From Antedon mediterranea (Eukaryota > Animalia > Echinodermata): a DNA stretch of 64,000 nt. The stretch lies in the NCBI RefSeq assembly GCF_964355755.1, contig NC_092672.1:28216437-28280436 (forward strand). The letters run 5' to 3'. The notes beneath the pieces were generated by a model. The model was not told the origin of the DNA. It searched no databases and worked only from the letters and a program-made list of their open reading frames with translations. Positions 1 to 12,675 of this stretch are shown here, in pieces. Position 1 is the first letter of the stretch. The number at the start of each line of letters is the position of its first letter. A program made the position numbers and the translations under genes.

Positions 1-3000
1 TATATGAAATACTATTTTTTATAATCATTTTTAATAAAAAAAAAACAGTTTAGCAAAAAACAGATCAAACAAGTACACTGTACTTAAACTTGAGGGCGCT
101 GTCATAAGGTGTGTGCCAGAGCCATTATATAATATATATAATGGCTCTGGTGTGTGCTCCTTTGCTGAAAATAAATATATGGATATACTGTAATATTTTT
201 AAATTGTTTAACTTTCTATCTAATGTATTCTTGTTCTTTTTTTTTTACTACGTCCATTCAATACAAATTACAAGTGTTTTTTTACCTATTTCATGGGATA
301 TCATTATTCACAAACGAATGAATTCATTTTCAAAATGAAACAATCAATATTTTAATAGGTGATGTTGAGAGTGTTATATTGTAGTTATGCTTTACGACTT
401 TCGTTTCACAGTACTTCATCACAGTAGTTTATTTCGAAGAAATGCTCGAGTAAATAGCTTGGGACTTTCCTAGCAGACGACCACCTTTGGCGGGAACACA
501 ATTTGATTAGCACTTAGGCCACGCGCCAAATCAGTATGGGGCATAAAGTAGAGCAAGAACCTAGGCCCTATGTTTATTCGCCCAGCATGTTTTAAGGCCA
601 AGACAGGCCTACTACAATCCCATCAAAACAAAATCACAATGAAACGTTTTTTCTAGCTTTCCAAACGCGATTTTATTTAGGCTTATACCCAACAACTTTT
701 CCCGCGAAATTGTTTTGTGTTCGTCAGGTTGATTTTAACCGCCTGTTGTGTGCGTGCTGATGACGACAGTCCAACAGCAAGCTCCGATAAAAGCCTCATC
801 AGTGATTTAACCCAAATGGCATGCTATATTTTCCGCCTGCCAAGCTTTTGTGGACACATGGGATGTGTTGGATAACCAAAAAGTTATACAATGAGGACTT
901 TCCCACACTCTTCTAGTCGCCCTTCGTCATATTTCATGGCAGCAGAAGCGTGCAGGAATGTGCCCATTTGAAATCACCTTCATTCTCAAGCATGGTGATA
1001 CAGAAGCGTTCAGGCGTTCATTTGCGTGCTTTATATGCGTTAAAATTGTGCGCGTAGACCTAACTATTGTATTAATTGTTTTATATTATCGTTATACCTT
1101 TAATATTCTATCTACTTTATTTGTATTTTTATTTGATCACGTATGCCTATATACATGTTTATTTATACCGTAAATTGTGTTTATTTGCAATATCTTACAT
1201 TTTATAGAAAATTTACTATTTTCTTTCTTTTCCAAAGGTTTGCTTATTAATTGTTCTATAAATAAAGATTGCAGATAAAGCCGATGCAACGCAAGGACGT
1301 AAGCGCAACGCAAGTGATTTGACCAATCACAAGCGATATATTATTCGAACTGTACAACTATCACTGTAGATAAATAAAATAAATTGATGAATTTTGTTCA
1401 GCAGACGATACCATTTAAATTGACACGACGTCGAAGGTGAAGGAATGTTTTTCGTTTTTTTAAACGGACGGTAACTTGTAAAATAATTTGTCTTCCTCTT
1501 CAATATTTTAAATCCTACAATTGACAGCTAGCTGTGTGGAACCGAAACGAGACCCCTAAACGAGCGCGAGCAGTTCCAAAGGGACACAAGGGCGTGAGAA
1601 CCGAAGAAAATCACTGAACCTCTATCAATCATTTTAAGTGCATAGGTAACCTTCCCATAAAAAAAGAAACCGACTTTATAGTCACGTGTCGTTTGTAGCG
1701 TGCTTGATATATTTTACCGCTGAATGTTTGTAGCGAAGGTTACCTTACCATGGAGGTCTAATGAGAAGCAGCCTTCATGAAATATTAACGTAAAGTAGTT
1801 AAGCGCTATTTATAATGTATACTATAGACGCATTTGTGTTGAGTGCTGCTATGTAGAATGGCTGTTCACCACCACGCGTTTGTAATTTACATGTCATGCC
1901 TATTGTGGTTTTACTTTATTATTCCAACCTATTAGGCCTACAGAAAAACGCTTCATTTCAAATATCTTTTTGGTCAAAGTGGATAACTATTGTGACATTA
2001 AACTAGCATATTCAAACAACATTTTCAATAATGATTTTTTCAGGGAATGCATCTTTAAATGTTCCAATTGAGATTGACTGGTACTTGTACACCACTCTAC
2101 TTGTATTGGTATTTTATTATATGGATTAGAACAATAAAATACGAATTGAATTTAGCTGGTTTCTGTTACACATATCAAAACTCCTGCCGTAAAAAAATCC
2201 CAAATATTATGCGGCAAGTCTACTCTAGGCTTATGCCAACCCGTCATAACAGAAACAGATACATTTTCAATTTGAACACTATTAAACCTACTTATGTTGA
2301 TTGATGATACAGTTGTAAACATTGCGCGGTTACGTAGTGATAAAATATTTCAAAATAAATACCAGCATAATTTCCAAAAACATACCCGTATTCTTCATAC
2401 ATTATTTTTTTTAATCAAATAATTATTAACTTTCCAAAAATTGACCGCGAAATCTCGAACATTTTGTTAAGGGTTATATGAATTTTCCCCTAAGCTGCAT
2501 TTTGTTTTCATACAAAGGCTTATATAATGAATTTCCCCCACGCTGCATAATTGCATTTAATTTTTCCCCAGGCTCTGAAAGATCACCGTATGTTTTTACC
2601 GGGTTTTTTTCAGGCTCAAAAATCGTTCTTATTCCTTTATTTGATATATCACAACATTTTGGTACGACGGCGAGTCCACTGGCTGAAATTAGAGGTGATC
2701 CCCAGGAGCAAAAACAAACCAGGCTAAAATTGGCTCAAAAACTCATTTTGGGATTTGCAAACAATGTAGGCCTACTTATTTACTACTACTAGCGATTTGT
2801 TTTTCTTCTGGTTGCCCAGGAGCTTGGCCCATCCCATGTTCATATCATGAATACAATAAATAAGATTTATTTTATTTCTTATTTCATATGAAATAAGACG
2901 GTTTAATGACTAGGCCTACTTGCTTCCATTTTAGAAAAAAAGTTTTCTTAAAGTATGCCATTATATTCCATTTCCAATCAATAGAAATATAATTATCTTG

Positions 3001-3772
3001 ATGTTATTAAGTTTATATACTTGGCATAGTAAAATATGTCAAAATATACCAGCACAATTTCGCGAAACATGCCAATGCTCGTTGTCAAGTTGTCTGCAAC
3101 CAATAATTATTAACTTTACAAAAATTTGCCGCGTAAAACACATTCTTCAGAAAAATTCTACAAAATAAAAAATGAAATATAAAATCACATGTTTGTAAGC
3201 CAAAGGCAACATGACATTCCATGGTTTTAACGCCAATGCCAGTCGTCATCATGCAGTCTAGAAAATATTTTGACTTACATGGCGTAGTATTAAAACTTTG
3301 ATCTAGAAAAATATGCTAGCGCTACGTAGTCGCTCGCTACGGAACTAGGCCTAGCCATCATCCAACACGTAAGCAAACATGGCCCTGTCCCTCGTGAAAC
3401 GGAAATTACCGCATCAAATAGACTATCACTTCCTCTTTGTTTGCTGTTAATATGACACATACAATTGTCTCTGTACCGTAATTTCCGATAATGTGGTTAC
3501 TAGGCCTACTCATAGTTTAACTTTTATTGCCGACGCCCTTCGCGCATATGCCTACTACTATCCGCTGATGACAAGGCTTAGTTACCCAGTTACGTTTCTT
3601 CCATCAAAGAAACAGTTATCAATAACTCAGGTGGATGTAATAATGGTCAAATTACTCTACGAAATGTCCATGCAGTAGTTATGTGTAGGCCTACTAATTG
3701 CGGTATTGTAAGGGAAAAAGCAAGGTGTACGCTGTCACGCATGCGTGAAAAATGGGCAACACAACATTAAAG

Positions 3773-3837
3773 CATGGAGAAATCAGTTAGGAAGGAGCAT
3801 GGAGAAATCAGTTAGGATCCTAACTGATTTCTCCATG
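3773..3837. mobile_element. Tiny CATGG...CCATG palindromic insertion with 7-bp target duplication (putative P-superfamily footprint)
   Basis: Perfect 40-bp palindrome CATGGAGAAATCAGTTAGGA/TCCTAACTGATTTCTCCATG (3798-3837), preceded by an extra copy of the left arm (3773-3792). ATTAAAG flanks both sides (3766-3772, 3838-3844). Confidence 0.7.
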
Positions 3838-5924
3838 ATTAAAGGTACCGTACATCGGTCTTTATGGTTGAAGATACAGTAGGTGTTGGTGTTTGTCGTT
3901 TAATGAAATAGTTGGTGCTGGTGGTGGATGAAGTAGATATTGAAGGAAAGTTTGTAGTAACAACAACTCCAGAGGGCGTCAGCATGGTAAACATCGACCC
4001 TGCTTAAATGTAGGTTATGTCACTGTTTTAATAATAGGCCAGCTATTTAGTAGGCCTACTACTGTAGTAGTAAAGTTAACAAAGCGATTTTATTATGGTA
4101 ATATTTATTTGTTGTGAAATAACGTTCTTGGGTACATTGCACTTTTTGAATTTTAACATTATAGATCTGCGCCGAATTTTAAGAATAGGCTATGTTCAGA
4201 AATTCGTTTGTTTCGTTTTCATATACTACTATTACTACCGTGGCCTCCTACCAAAATAAATATCATTAGGCTACTGGATATGTCTATAGATTTATTTATT
4301 TTAAGCCAATATGCAGTAGCCTACAGTACATCCATATATCTACACCATCACCAATAAATCGTTATCAACGCATTCACAACAGGCATTACACTATTCCAAC
4401 GCGTTTACACATGACGCAAATGAAACGCTTGATATTAACCGTTCCAACATAGTTTAAGGTGTCTTTTTAATTACAACTAGGTTTTTATATTATTAGCAAC
4501 CGTTTTAAACTACTGTACATGGTTTCTATTTAATACGGTAATCCTTTACCCTGGAGGTCTAATCCAAAACAAACCCGACAAAAGCACGTTGTATTATTAT
4601 TATTTTTCTTGTCGGCACATTGAAGATCTGATTGATAGCGAAGAAAGAGACATTATAGAACTCATGCTTTTTGTTGATTTAAATCGAATTGCCACCTAGG
4701 TATAAGAAAGCCTTGTTTTCATTGATATAATCAATCACACCATCTTTATCAAAAACTGTATACAATTATATTATATAATCATTGTATAGAAATTATTACA
4801 CCGACCTGTTTGTCGAATGTTAATTCTGGGCGTAATTGGATATTTAAATTAATTTAGACTTTCTGAACGGATCGTGCGGCGAGAGGTATATTACTCCTTA
4901 AAATAAATAATGATTGAACACGAGATAATACAGCACTTTAGTTTTTGCTTACAAGATTTTTGACCTTATAAGAAACATATGAGCATGTTAGTAGAAGTTA
5001 CTTTTAGATTTAATAAACTAGCTGCATACCATAGTCACTATTTGTCAGTGGACGTAACGATGAGGTGTCACCCAGTATTTTGTACTGATTGGTATTTGTG
5101 GCGTCGCCGTTTAAAAAAAAATTTTTTTATAAAACTGATGTTGAAATTTTGGATTAAAAATTGTAATAATGGATGGAGGAAAACAGAATATGACTTTCTC
5201 AATTGAGAACAAAAAGTAACTGAAAAATATATATTGTTGGTTTCTTTTAAAGAGGAGTTAGCCTGAGTGCAGAACAGTTAATATACACATTTGCGGGAAA
5301 AAAGTATAGGAAAATTTTTTTTTCTGATAGAGTATACCATATAGAATGTCAGAAAAAAATCCCCATCCCAGGATCTTGGGGAAAATTGTATTATCATATA
5401 GTTTTACATTTCGAACATAATATTGCTTTAATTAAGTAAGAAAACTTACGAATTAATGTCATAGGTAACAATTAGTAAACAGAGAATGCCTTAGCAGATG
5501 TGTCAAACCGTACAGGTATGTGGCACGCTCGTACGCGTGTATTTATTTTCCCCTTATCGTATAAATGACCCACAATAGGTAGGCTTGTCCTCGCCTTGTG
5601 TGCATTTCCCACGACCTCAGCTCCGTTGACAGACAGAGTACAGTTTTTTGTAAATAAGCCACTAGAAATACAACCGCTATTTATTATATCTCTTGACTAT
5701 TCATACCTTACATGATAAACGAGTTAATGCTTTCGTAAAGTAAATACTTGATCGACACCTTTGATAATTTCTGTATACAATGGCTTTAGATCATAAGCTA
5801 TCTCTCAGTCTCAGAACAATTGATTGTCTAGAGACACGTATATTGGAATATACGAAAGCTGGATTATCTATCGAAACTTTTGAGATCTCATGACGTTTAA
5901 GAAACACGAGGACCATTTTTTCTA

Positions 5925-6205
5925 TAATATAGGGGTCGAAATATAAGAGAGATCTGAGGTCTATGTGTTTCTATAAGGGTCGAAACTGAAACCCGAGCCT
6001 TGTTCTACAGGGGCCAAAACAGAGACCCGAGGTCCCTGTGTTTCTATAGGGGTCGAATCTGAGATCCGAGCCTTGTTCTACAGGGACCAAACAAAGACAT
6101 GAGGCCCCTTTTTGCTATAGGACGTCCCTGTGTGTTCTATGGGTGGTCGAAACTGAGACCCGAAGTCCTACAGTATAGGATTCGAAAATAAAAAGACCCG
6201 AGTGA
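5925..6205. repeat. Degenerate tandem repeat (AGGGGTCGAAACTGAGACCCGAG-type units)
   Basis: About 7 diverged units containing ctatagggg-tcgaaa-ctgagacccgag. Confidence 0.65.
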
Positions 6206-7432
6206 TCAGACTCGGCGAGGCATCTACACAAGCAAACTTTTGTTTGAAAACTTACTGAGCAAACTACGAATTTTAATTGCACATAGAAATTTTAAAATGT
6301 GTGTACTATTATGCTCTATAAAAGTTAAAGGAATTGAAACCAAACCAAAGTAAGGAACTTTCGAATTAGGCCTAAACACTCTGCTGTATACACTGCTTGT
6401 ATATCATCAACTTAATCTATTTGGATTGCTCTTGTTTGTATGTGGTGTTGGTCATTGCCAGCAGTAGTAGGCCTGCTGCCGTTAGACAAGTTTTCACAAG
6501 AGGGTATTGACAAACTGCAAGCCATGGAGTCAACGGCCCACGTGACCATGTTAATTGCAATTCAAGCGAGTCAGTACGAAGTGTAACTGCACTATTGTAC
6601 CAAAAGTGCGAGGCACCATAAAACATATTAAATAGATGGCATACTCGCTAGTTATCTTTCAGATGATTTGGGCTATAAAGAACTTTGGGAACTATACTGC
6701 TACCTTGAAAATGAAGACGGAAAAAAACCAATAGTTATAAATTCAGAAGATTTGCTCAACAATCCCAAAGAAGTTTTAGAAAAATATTGCAGAGCTGTTG
6801 GATTTGAGTATAACGATGATTTACTAAGCTGGGGCAGCACACCCAAGGTAGAATGGGACGTGCCCCAGACTCGGGCGCCTTTAGAGCTTAAATATAACAA
6901 AGACATGAGGCCCCTTTTTGCTATAGGACGTCCCTGTGTGTTCTATGGGTGGTCGAAACTGAGACCCGAGGTCCTACAGTATAGGATTCGAAAATAAAAA
7001 GACCCGAGTGATCAGACTCGGCGAGGCATCTACACAAGCAAACTTTTGTTTGAAAACTTACTGAGCAAACTACGAATTTTAATTGCACATAGAAATTTTA
7101 AAATGTGTGTACTATTATGCTCTATAAAAGTTAAAGGAATTGAAACCAAACCAAAGTAAGGAACTTTCGAATTAGGCCTAAACACTCTGCTGTATACACT
7201 GCTTGTATATCATCAACTTAATCTATTTGGATTGCTCTTGTTTGTATGTGGTGTTGGTCATTGCCAGCAGTAGTAGGCCTGCTGCCGTTAGACAAGTTTT
7301 CACAAGAGGGTATTGACAAACTGCAAGCCATGGAGTCAACGGCCCACGTGACCATGTTAATTGCAATTCAAGCGAGTCAGTACGAAGTGTAACTGCACTA
7401 TTGTACCAAAAGTGCGAGGCACCATAAAACAT
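6090..7432 (+). repeat. Near-identical 537-bp direct duplication (6090-6626 / 6896-7432) flanking a captured gene fragment
   Basis: Offset is 806 bp. The identical 69-aa ORFs at 6417-6626 and 7223-7432 reflect the duplication. Only one substitution was seen between the copies. Confidence 0.92.
6633..6897 (+). pseudogene. Internal fragment of the sulfotransferase-like gene
   Basis: Matches 10024-10271 (DGILASYLSDDLGYKELWELYCYLENEDGKKPIVINSEDLLNNPKEVLEKYC...APLELKYN). The 5' and 3' parts of the gene are absent. Confidence 0.88.
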
Positions 7433-8569
7433 TTAATATAAATTAGTATGTTCATATGAAACATTAGAGAGGAGTAATAATAAAATAAAATCATTATTTA
7501 TGTTATGTTGTTCTAAAGATACCCTACTACTACTACTACTACTACTAAAATAAAGTCAAGCCTGCCTGCTGCTCCCTTCTTGTTGGTCTCGCTTGTAGTT
7601 GTTATTTTCAAAATGTCCCCCGGCCCGCCGGCCACATACAGCGAATACCCGTCTCTACTCCGGCGGGCGGGCTACAGTAAACTATAGGGCCTAGGCTAGC
7701 TAGCTAGGTTCTTAGACGGTGACCAGGCACCACCTAAAATTAACTGTAAACATCGAAGTCGCATCTGGATATTCGAAATTGTTAACATAATTACATTAAC
7801 GGTAGGTGATTCATAAATGTTTATGAATTGTACACAAATATTAACGAAGGCTTTTTATTCGAAGGCTCGCACTTGTTGGTATTTTTCCCGTTGAATTACC
7901 GTCGTGGATTGCATGCATTGCGTGCATTGCGTGCCTCGTTGACTCGCACTATGGCAACAATCTTCACAAGAGTCATGTATGGGGTGTAGTCATCCTACCA
8001 AAACCATCATTTGCAAAGTTATCTGGTGGTGCTACTTGCGATCTTGATTCGTTGGAAAAGGTGCTTCTTTAGAAGATGCACTTAAATCGTTTCCAATTTA
8101 TGGTAAAAATAAAATTATAAGTACATGCTGTTACAGCGACTTAATTCTGTAGTTAAAATGATTGTGATGGAGGATACGGACAATGTATACAGATGCCATC
8201 ATCTATAATGGCATTCCCTCTGGTATTTCGAGTCAAGTAGGAAAGAGTTTCAAAGGTGGCAGTCCCATACCGGTATAGCTGACACTTCTAAAACAAATCT
8301 AGCCGAATTATCAGAGGTTCTGCGAGAACCACCATAATTGATTGTGTTGCTGTCGGCGAAGAACCAGATGACTGGATCAGTGAAGGACTGATTTGTTGCG
8401 TTGTACGCGTCTCGCGTGGTCTTCTATGCGTTTCCTGAGCTTGTATTTGTCGATATTTTCTGTTTCGCCACAAATGATCTAGCATGTCTATCACTGCATA
8501 ATGCATAAATGTCGGTTCATGTCATACTTTATCAACCATATTTATGTTGAACATTTGCTTGATTTTAAA

Positions 8570-8890
8570 TTTATTGTCCCCCTGAAAAAATAATTATTGA
8601 ATTTTGTTGTTGTTGAATAATATGTCATTTTAATGTCACATACGGTAATAGTTATCCACTTTGACCAAAAATTTGTTTGAAAAAAATGTATTTACATGAA
8701 AAAACTGTAATTTAAAGCAACAAACAATAGTCAAATTGGTTGCTAGCCAATGGATTTTGTTGTTGAATTTAATCACTTCTTTTGTCATTTTATATTCTGA
8801 AAACGTTTTTTTTTTCTACGAAAGTGGTTAACTTTATTAAAACTACAAAATAACCTTAAAGTCTGATTTAATTAATCTTCATATATCATG
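8570..8890 (+). repeat. Dispersed repeat (probable non-autonomous DNA element), also at ~22610-22975 and in reverse orientation near 46640-46800 and 1955-2045
   Basis: Shared blocks: attgtcccc-tgaa, ttatccactttgac, tagtcaaattg, gccaatgg, aagtctgatttaattaatct. Confidence 0.7.
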
Positions 8891-9635
8891 TTTTTTTTTT
8901 TGGGGGGGGGGGGGGAGGAAATACATCTTTAATAGTGATTATGAAACAGAAATGAAATTAAGAAAAATTAAAAGTAAGTTTCTTTACAAAATTGGCGTAG
9001 GCCTACTATTATAGTATAATATCGACTATTAGGCCTACTGTAGTCCATGGAATTTAGCCAAAAAATGCACTTTTTTAACGGTGTAATACATACTTTTTAT
9101 TGTATTTTATTCCGAACTATTTATCTACTATACTGTAGGCCTACATTGTATTTTATTTCAACGGTTCAGTGCTGCAGTGCAAAAGAAAAACATTGAAAGA
9201 CAAGAAAGAATTCACCTTAATCTCATGCTATTTGGTAGGCATATCATTGTATGTATAGGCCTACTGCGTATTAGTAGAAATTTGGCGGTTCTTCCCGTGG
9301 TGAGTTATCCTATTTTCTAGTATCAAGGATCTTCTTTTCCAGGCTTAAACGATTTTATTTGTTGTATATAGGTATTTGTTGTAGGCCTATGTGTTAGTAA
9401 TGATTTATTCATGTGGCTTGCATACTATACAGCGAATTCATTTTTTGTATTTCACAAGACAAATACATTCAAGCTAGGCCTAGCCTATTTTCTTTGTGAC
9501 CCGGTTATAGTTTGTTATTCCGGCTATTTCAGTGTATGGTTAGTGAGGCTAGGGAAAGGTGGCGGACTACAATAATGAAGACATTTAATAAAATGTATTA
9601 TTGACGTATAATATATTTTTGTAACACACAGTACC

Positions 9636-10379
9636 ATGACGTCATCAAAAAATGCGCACGTTTTCTTATGGGCAATTCCAAGATCCCTATCAACCGCTTT
9701 TGTCAGGAGCATGGAGAGTATTAATAATGTAGCTATATTTTATGAACCATATGCTTCTTCAGAACACTACGGCCCCAAAGGACGCTATATGTATAAGGAA
9801 GGCTTTTCGCCTGAAATGAAGTACACGTTCGATGGAGTGAAAGCAATTCTTGAAGATAGTTCACTAGCCAATAGGTATGTCTTTGTAAAAGATTTCGGAG
9901 ACGCCGTCCACAACCGGTATGATAAAATCGCTAAAGGCTACACACATTCATTTCTTATACGACATCCAATCAAATCATTTTTGTCTTTTTACAATGGGAT
10001 TGCTTCTGCCGGTGAAGAGGACGTAGATGGCATACTCGCTAGTTATCTTTCAGATGATTTGGGCTATAAAGAACTTTGGGAACTATACTGCTACCTTGAA
10101 AATGAAGACGGCAAAAAACCAATAGTTATAAATTCAGAAGATTTGCTCTATAAAAATATTGCAGAGCTGTTGGATTTGAGTATAACGATGATTTACTAAG
10201 CTGGGGCACAGCACACCCAAGGTAGAATGGGACGTGCCCCAGACTCGGGCGCCTTTAGAGCTTAAATATAATTGGGCTGTAAACAGTACAATACCCGGTG
10301 GAAACAGCTATCGAAACCTATTCCCTCGATTGAGGAGTTACCAAAAATTTTATGAAAAGCTCAATGCCCTTTGTCAGTG
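9636..10379 (+). pseudogene. Frameshifted paralog of the sulfotransferase-like gene
   Basis: Starts MTSSKNAHVFLWAIPRSLSTAFVRS. Relative to 17545-18354 it has a 19-nt deletion at ~10148 (frameshift, stop at 10199), a 2-nt insertion at ~10208, a 7-nt deletion at ~10301 and a ~30-nt deletion at ~10347. Confidence 0.85.
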
Positions 10380-10500
10380 AAATCTGGCTACCATTACAAT
10401 AATTATTCAACACACATTTGGTGTTTTTAGTGATTTAGTTTGTTATTATGTTTAGTGAATAACTTGTATAAAGTATACGTGGTTGTATTATAAAAAAACT

Positions 10501-10749
10501 GTGAGCTTTCGCATCGGGACGGTTAACGAAAGCGAACGGTAATTGAAAGATTAAACTACGCATGCGTATAAAAGCACAGTACTGTACAATCCGTTCCGTT
10601 GAATATCGTGACTGTGTTTGGTCGATTTAACGTTCGGTTTAAGAAAAGACAAAGTAGGCATTTTGAAACTTTTCAACAACCAAAATATTGCATATATCGA
10701 ATGCATACACGTGATAGACGGTATACCGCCCCGATGCAAAAGCTCACTA
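10501..10749. mobile_element. MITE with TIRs GTGAGCTTTCGCATCGGGACGGT / ACCGCCCCGATGCAAAAGCTCAC (paralogous copy at 18488-18733)
   Basis: Imperfect ~23-bp TIRs. Present in both duplicated segments, so it predates the duplication. Confidence 0.75.
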
Positions 10750-11576
10750 AAAGGATCCCTTTTGGTTAACTAATTCCAACAATCTAAACTCATTATGTGC
10801 AACATAGACATTTATGTAGTTAAACAGTATCATTATTAATATATATTTAAATACTTTTATGACACCAAATCTGTGTCAGATTTACAAAGGCCTATGACGT
10901 GATATCTGAATTCAGTTGTTGTAGAGATGTAACCCAATGCACCGGGAACCAAAATAGCAGGTTTAGTGACAGTGTTATCGTGTATTTGTATTTAATACAA
11001 CCAGACTCGTTTCTAGATGACTTGCGATAGTCAACAAGACTCTATCGAGTGACAGCATCAGAATCGGGTGACTTTCTCGACGTTTCAAGCAATATGCTTC
11101 AGACAGAGGACGATCGAAGAATATTGATCAAAACGTTTATAGAACTATAAACATGGTGTACCGCAATCACCATAACATCATCATAATCATCTTCATCATT
11201 AATTTTCTTTTTAAATTTTACTGTCTGTTTTAGTTTTTCTTCTTTTTTGATTTAAGATATAAATAAAGATATTATGGTTAGAACAAAATGATTTTACAAA
11301 AACTGATAAAAGGTTAAAGGCCAGGTGCGGGTAAAACATTTCTATTGATCATACATTCCACTATTAATCATACATTCAAATAATTATCTATCTATAGTTT
11401 CTCTTATGATTCATAATTTTTGGGATTATTTGTGTTACACGAGCTTGTTGAAAATAAGCACTTTCTTATCAGTGGAGAGATAGTTAAATTACCCAGCAAA
11501 ATCAGTAGTTATGGTACACAAATGTTGTAAATAGAGAGGCATTTTTAAAAAACTATGAAAAATAAACGGTGTGGTT

Positions 11577-12320
11577 AACAAGGCCAACAGCTTAAGTCGC
11601 GTGCTACAATGCATAGTGATACCAGACCGACAGACAGACAGACCGATCGACCGACATAGTGAACTATACTGACCGAAATTACTGAACATGTTTAAAAATG
11701 TTGAAATGTTTAAAAACATTTTATATTTTTTTAATTTACACGTGCGTAGCCAGTCACTTTTGACGTGCTCGTATAACGTAATTTCGAGTTGAAAAGTAAG
11801 TCAAGAAAACAGAAATCGGGCAAAAAGAGTGCGCAATAACATTTAACGCGCAGTGCGCATGCAAAAATATGCGCACTCATGGCAATTTTGTAAACGCTTA
11901 AAATTGCCTGAAACGTACTCTTCATAGAAAATAAATTTTGAAAATGTTAAGCACGCGTACGCATGCGTTACATGCGCTACGCACGTAATTGTATTGCCAT
12001 ATGATGATTTATGCCCTGAAATTTATGAGTACCAAATTTTATTTAATTGTGATTCATGGTTGTGAAGATATGATTACAAACGTGATTTCGTTAAATCGTG
12101 CGTAGACCGCGTAATTTTTTATTGCGCACCGTGAAAACATAACCACATCGATTCCTGGCCATAAGGAATATACTGTGAAAAATTGACCTAGCTAGATTAA
12201 ACTGATATCAAGATAAGGTCAGAAAGCGATAAAACGCATAGTGATACCGGACCGACAGACCGACAGACCGACCGACCGACCGACATAGTGAACTATAGAG
12301 TCGCTTCCACGCGACTAAAA
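11577..12320 (-). mobile_element. Non-autonomous Helentron/DINE-1-like element (HINE)
   Basis: The minus strand begins TTTTAGTCGCGTGGAAGCGACT (subTIR plus short IR), then a GTCG/GTCT microsatellite, and ends GCACGCGACT...GGCCTTGTT. A short family member lies at 33720-33835. Confidence 0.65.
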
Positions 12321-12423
12321 ATATTATCAGATGACTAAATATATAGGTAATATATAATTTGAATTTTACGATTCTGGTATTTTTATTCAACTTCAGAGTT
12401 TTATTTTCATGATATAGCAAAAA

Positions 12424-12675
12424 TTCTAGAAAACTCAGATCTAGAAAACTCAGATATCTGACTTTTCTAGATCTAGAAAACTCGAGTTTTCTAGTTCCAG
12501 AATAGAACTAGAAAACCCAAATGAAATGGATCGTTCCATATTAATCAGAGGTAGCTTGTTTGAAATACTACAGTATTATACGTTTTCTTACTAATAATAA
12601 TAATTATTGTAACTTGTAGTTAGCGGCCTACGACTTGAATCATCATCATTTTCTAGATCTAGAAAACTCAGATAT
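12424..12675. repeat. TCTAGAAAACTCAGAT direct/inverted repeat cluster; its other half resumes at 15478-15506 beyond the LINE
   Basis: Repeated tctagaaaactc and its reverse complement gagttttctaga. Confidence 0.75.

Larger units (their letters stand above)
9145..11255 (+). repeat. Copy 1 of a ~2.1-kb segmental tandem duplication (copy 2 at ~17070-19253)
   Basis: Colinear similarity from caacggttcagtgc, through the sulfotransferase gene and the downstream MITE, to tttttgatttaag. Confidence 0.9.

Noticed and set aside
6417-7432. Two identical 69-aa minus-strand ORFs as a duplicated peptide gene
   Set aside because: The identity simply reflects the 537-bp duplication, and there is no recognisable domain or gene structure.
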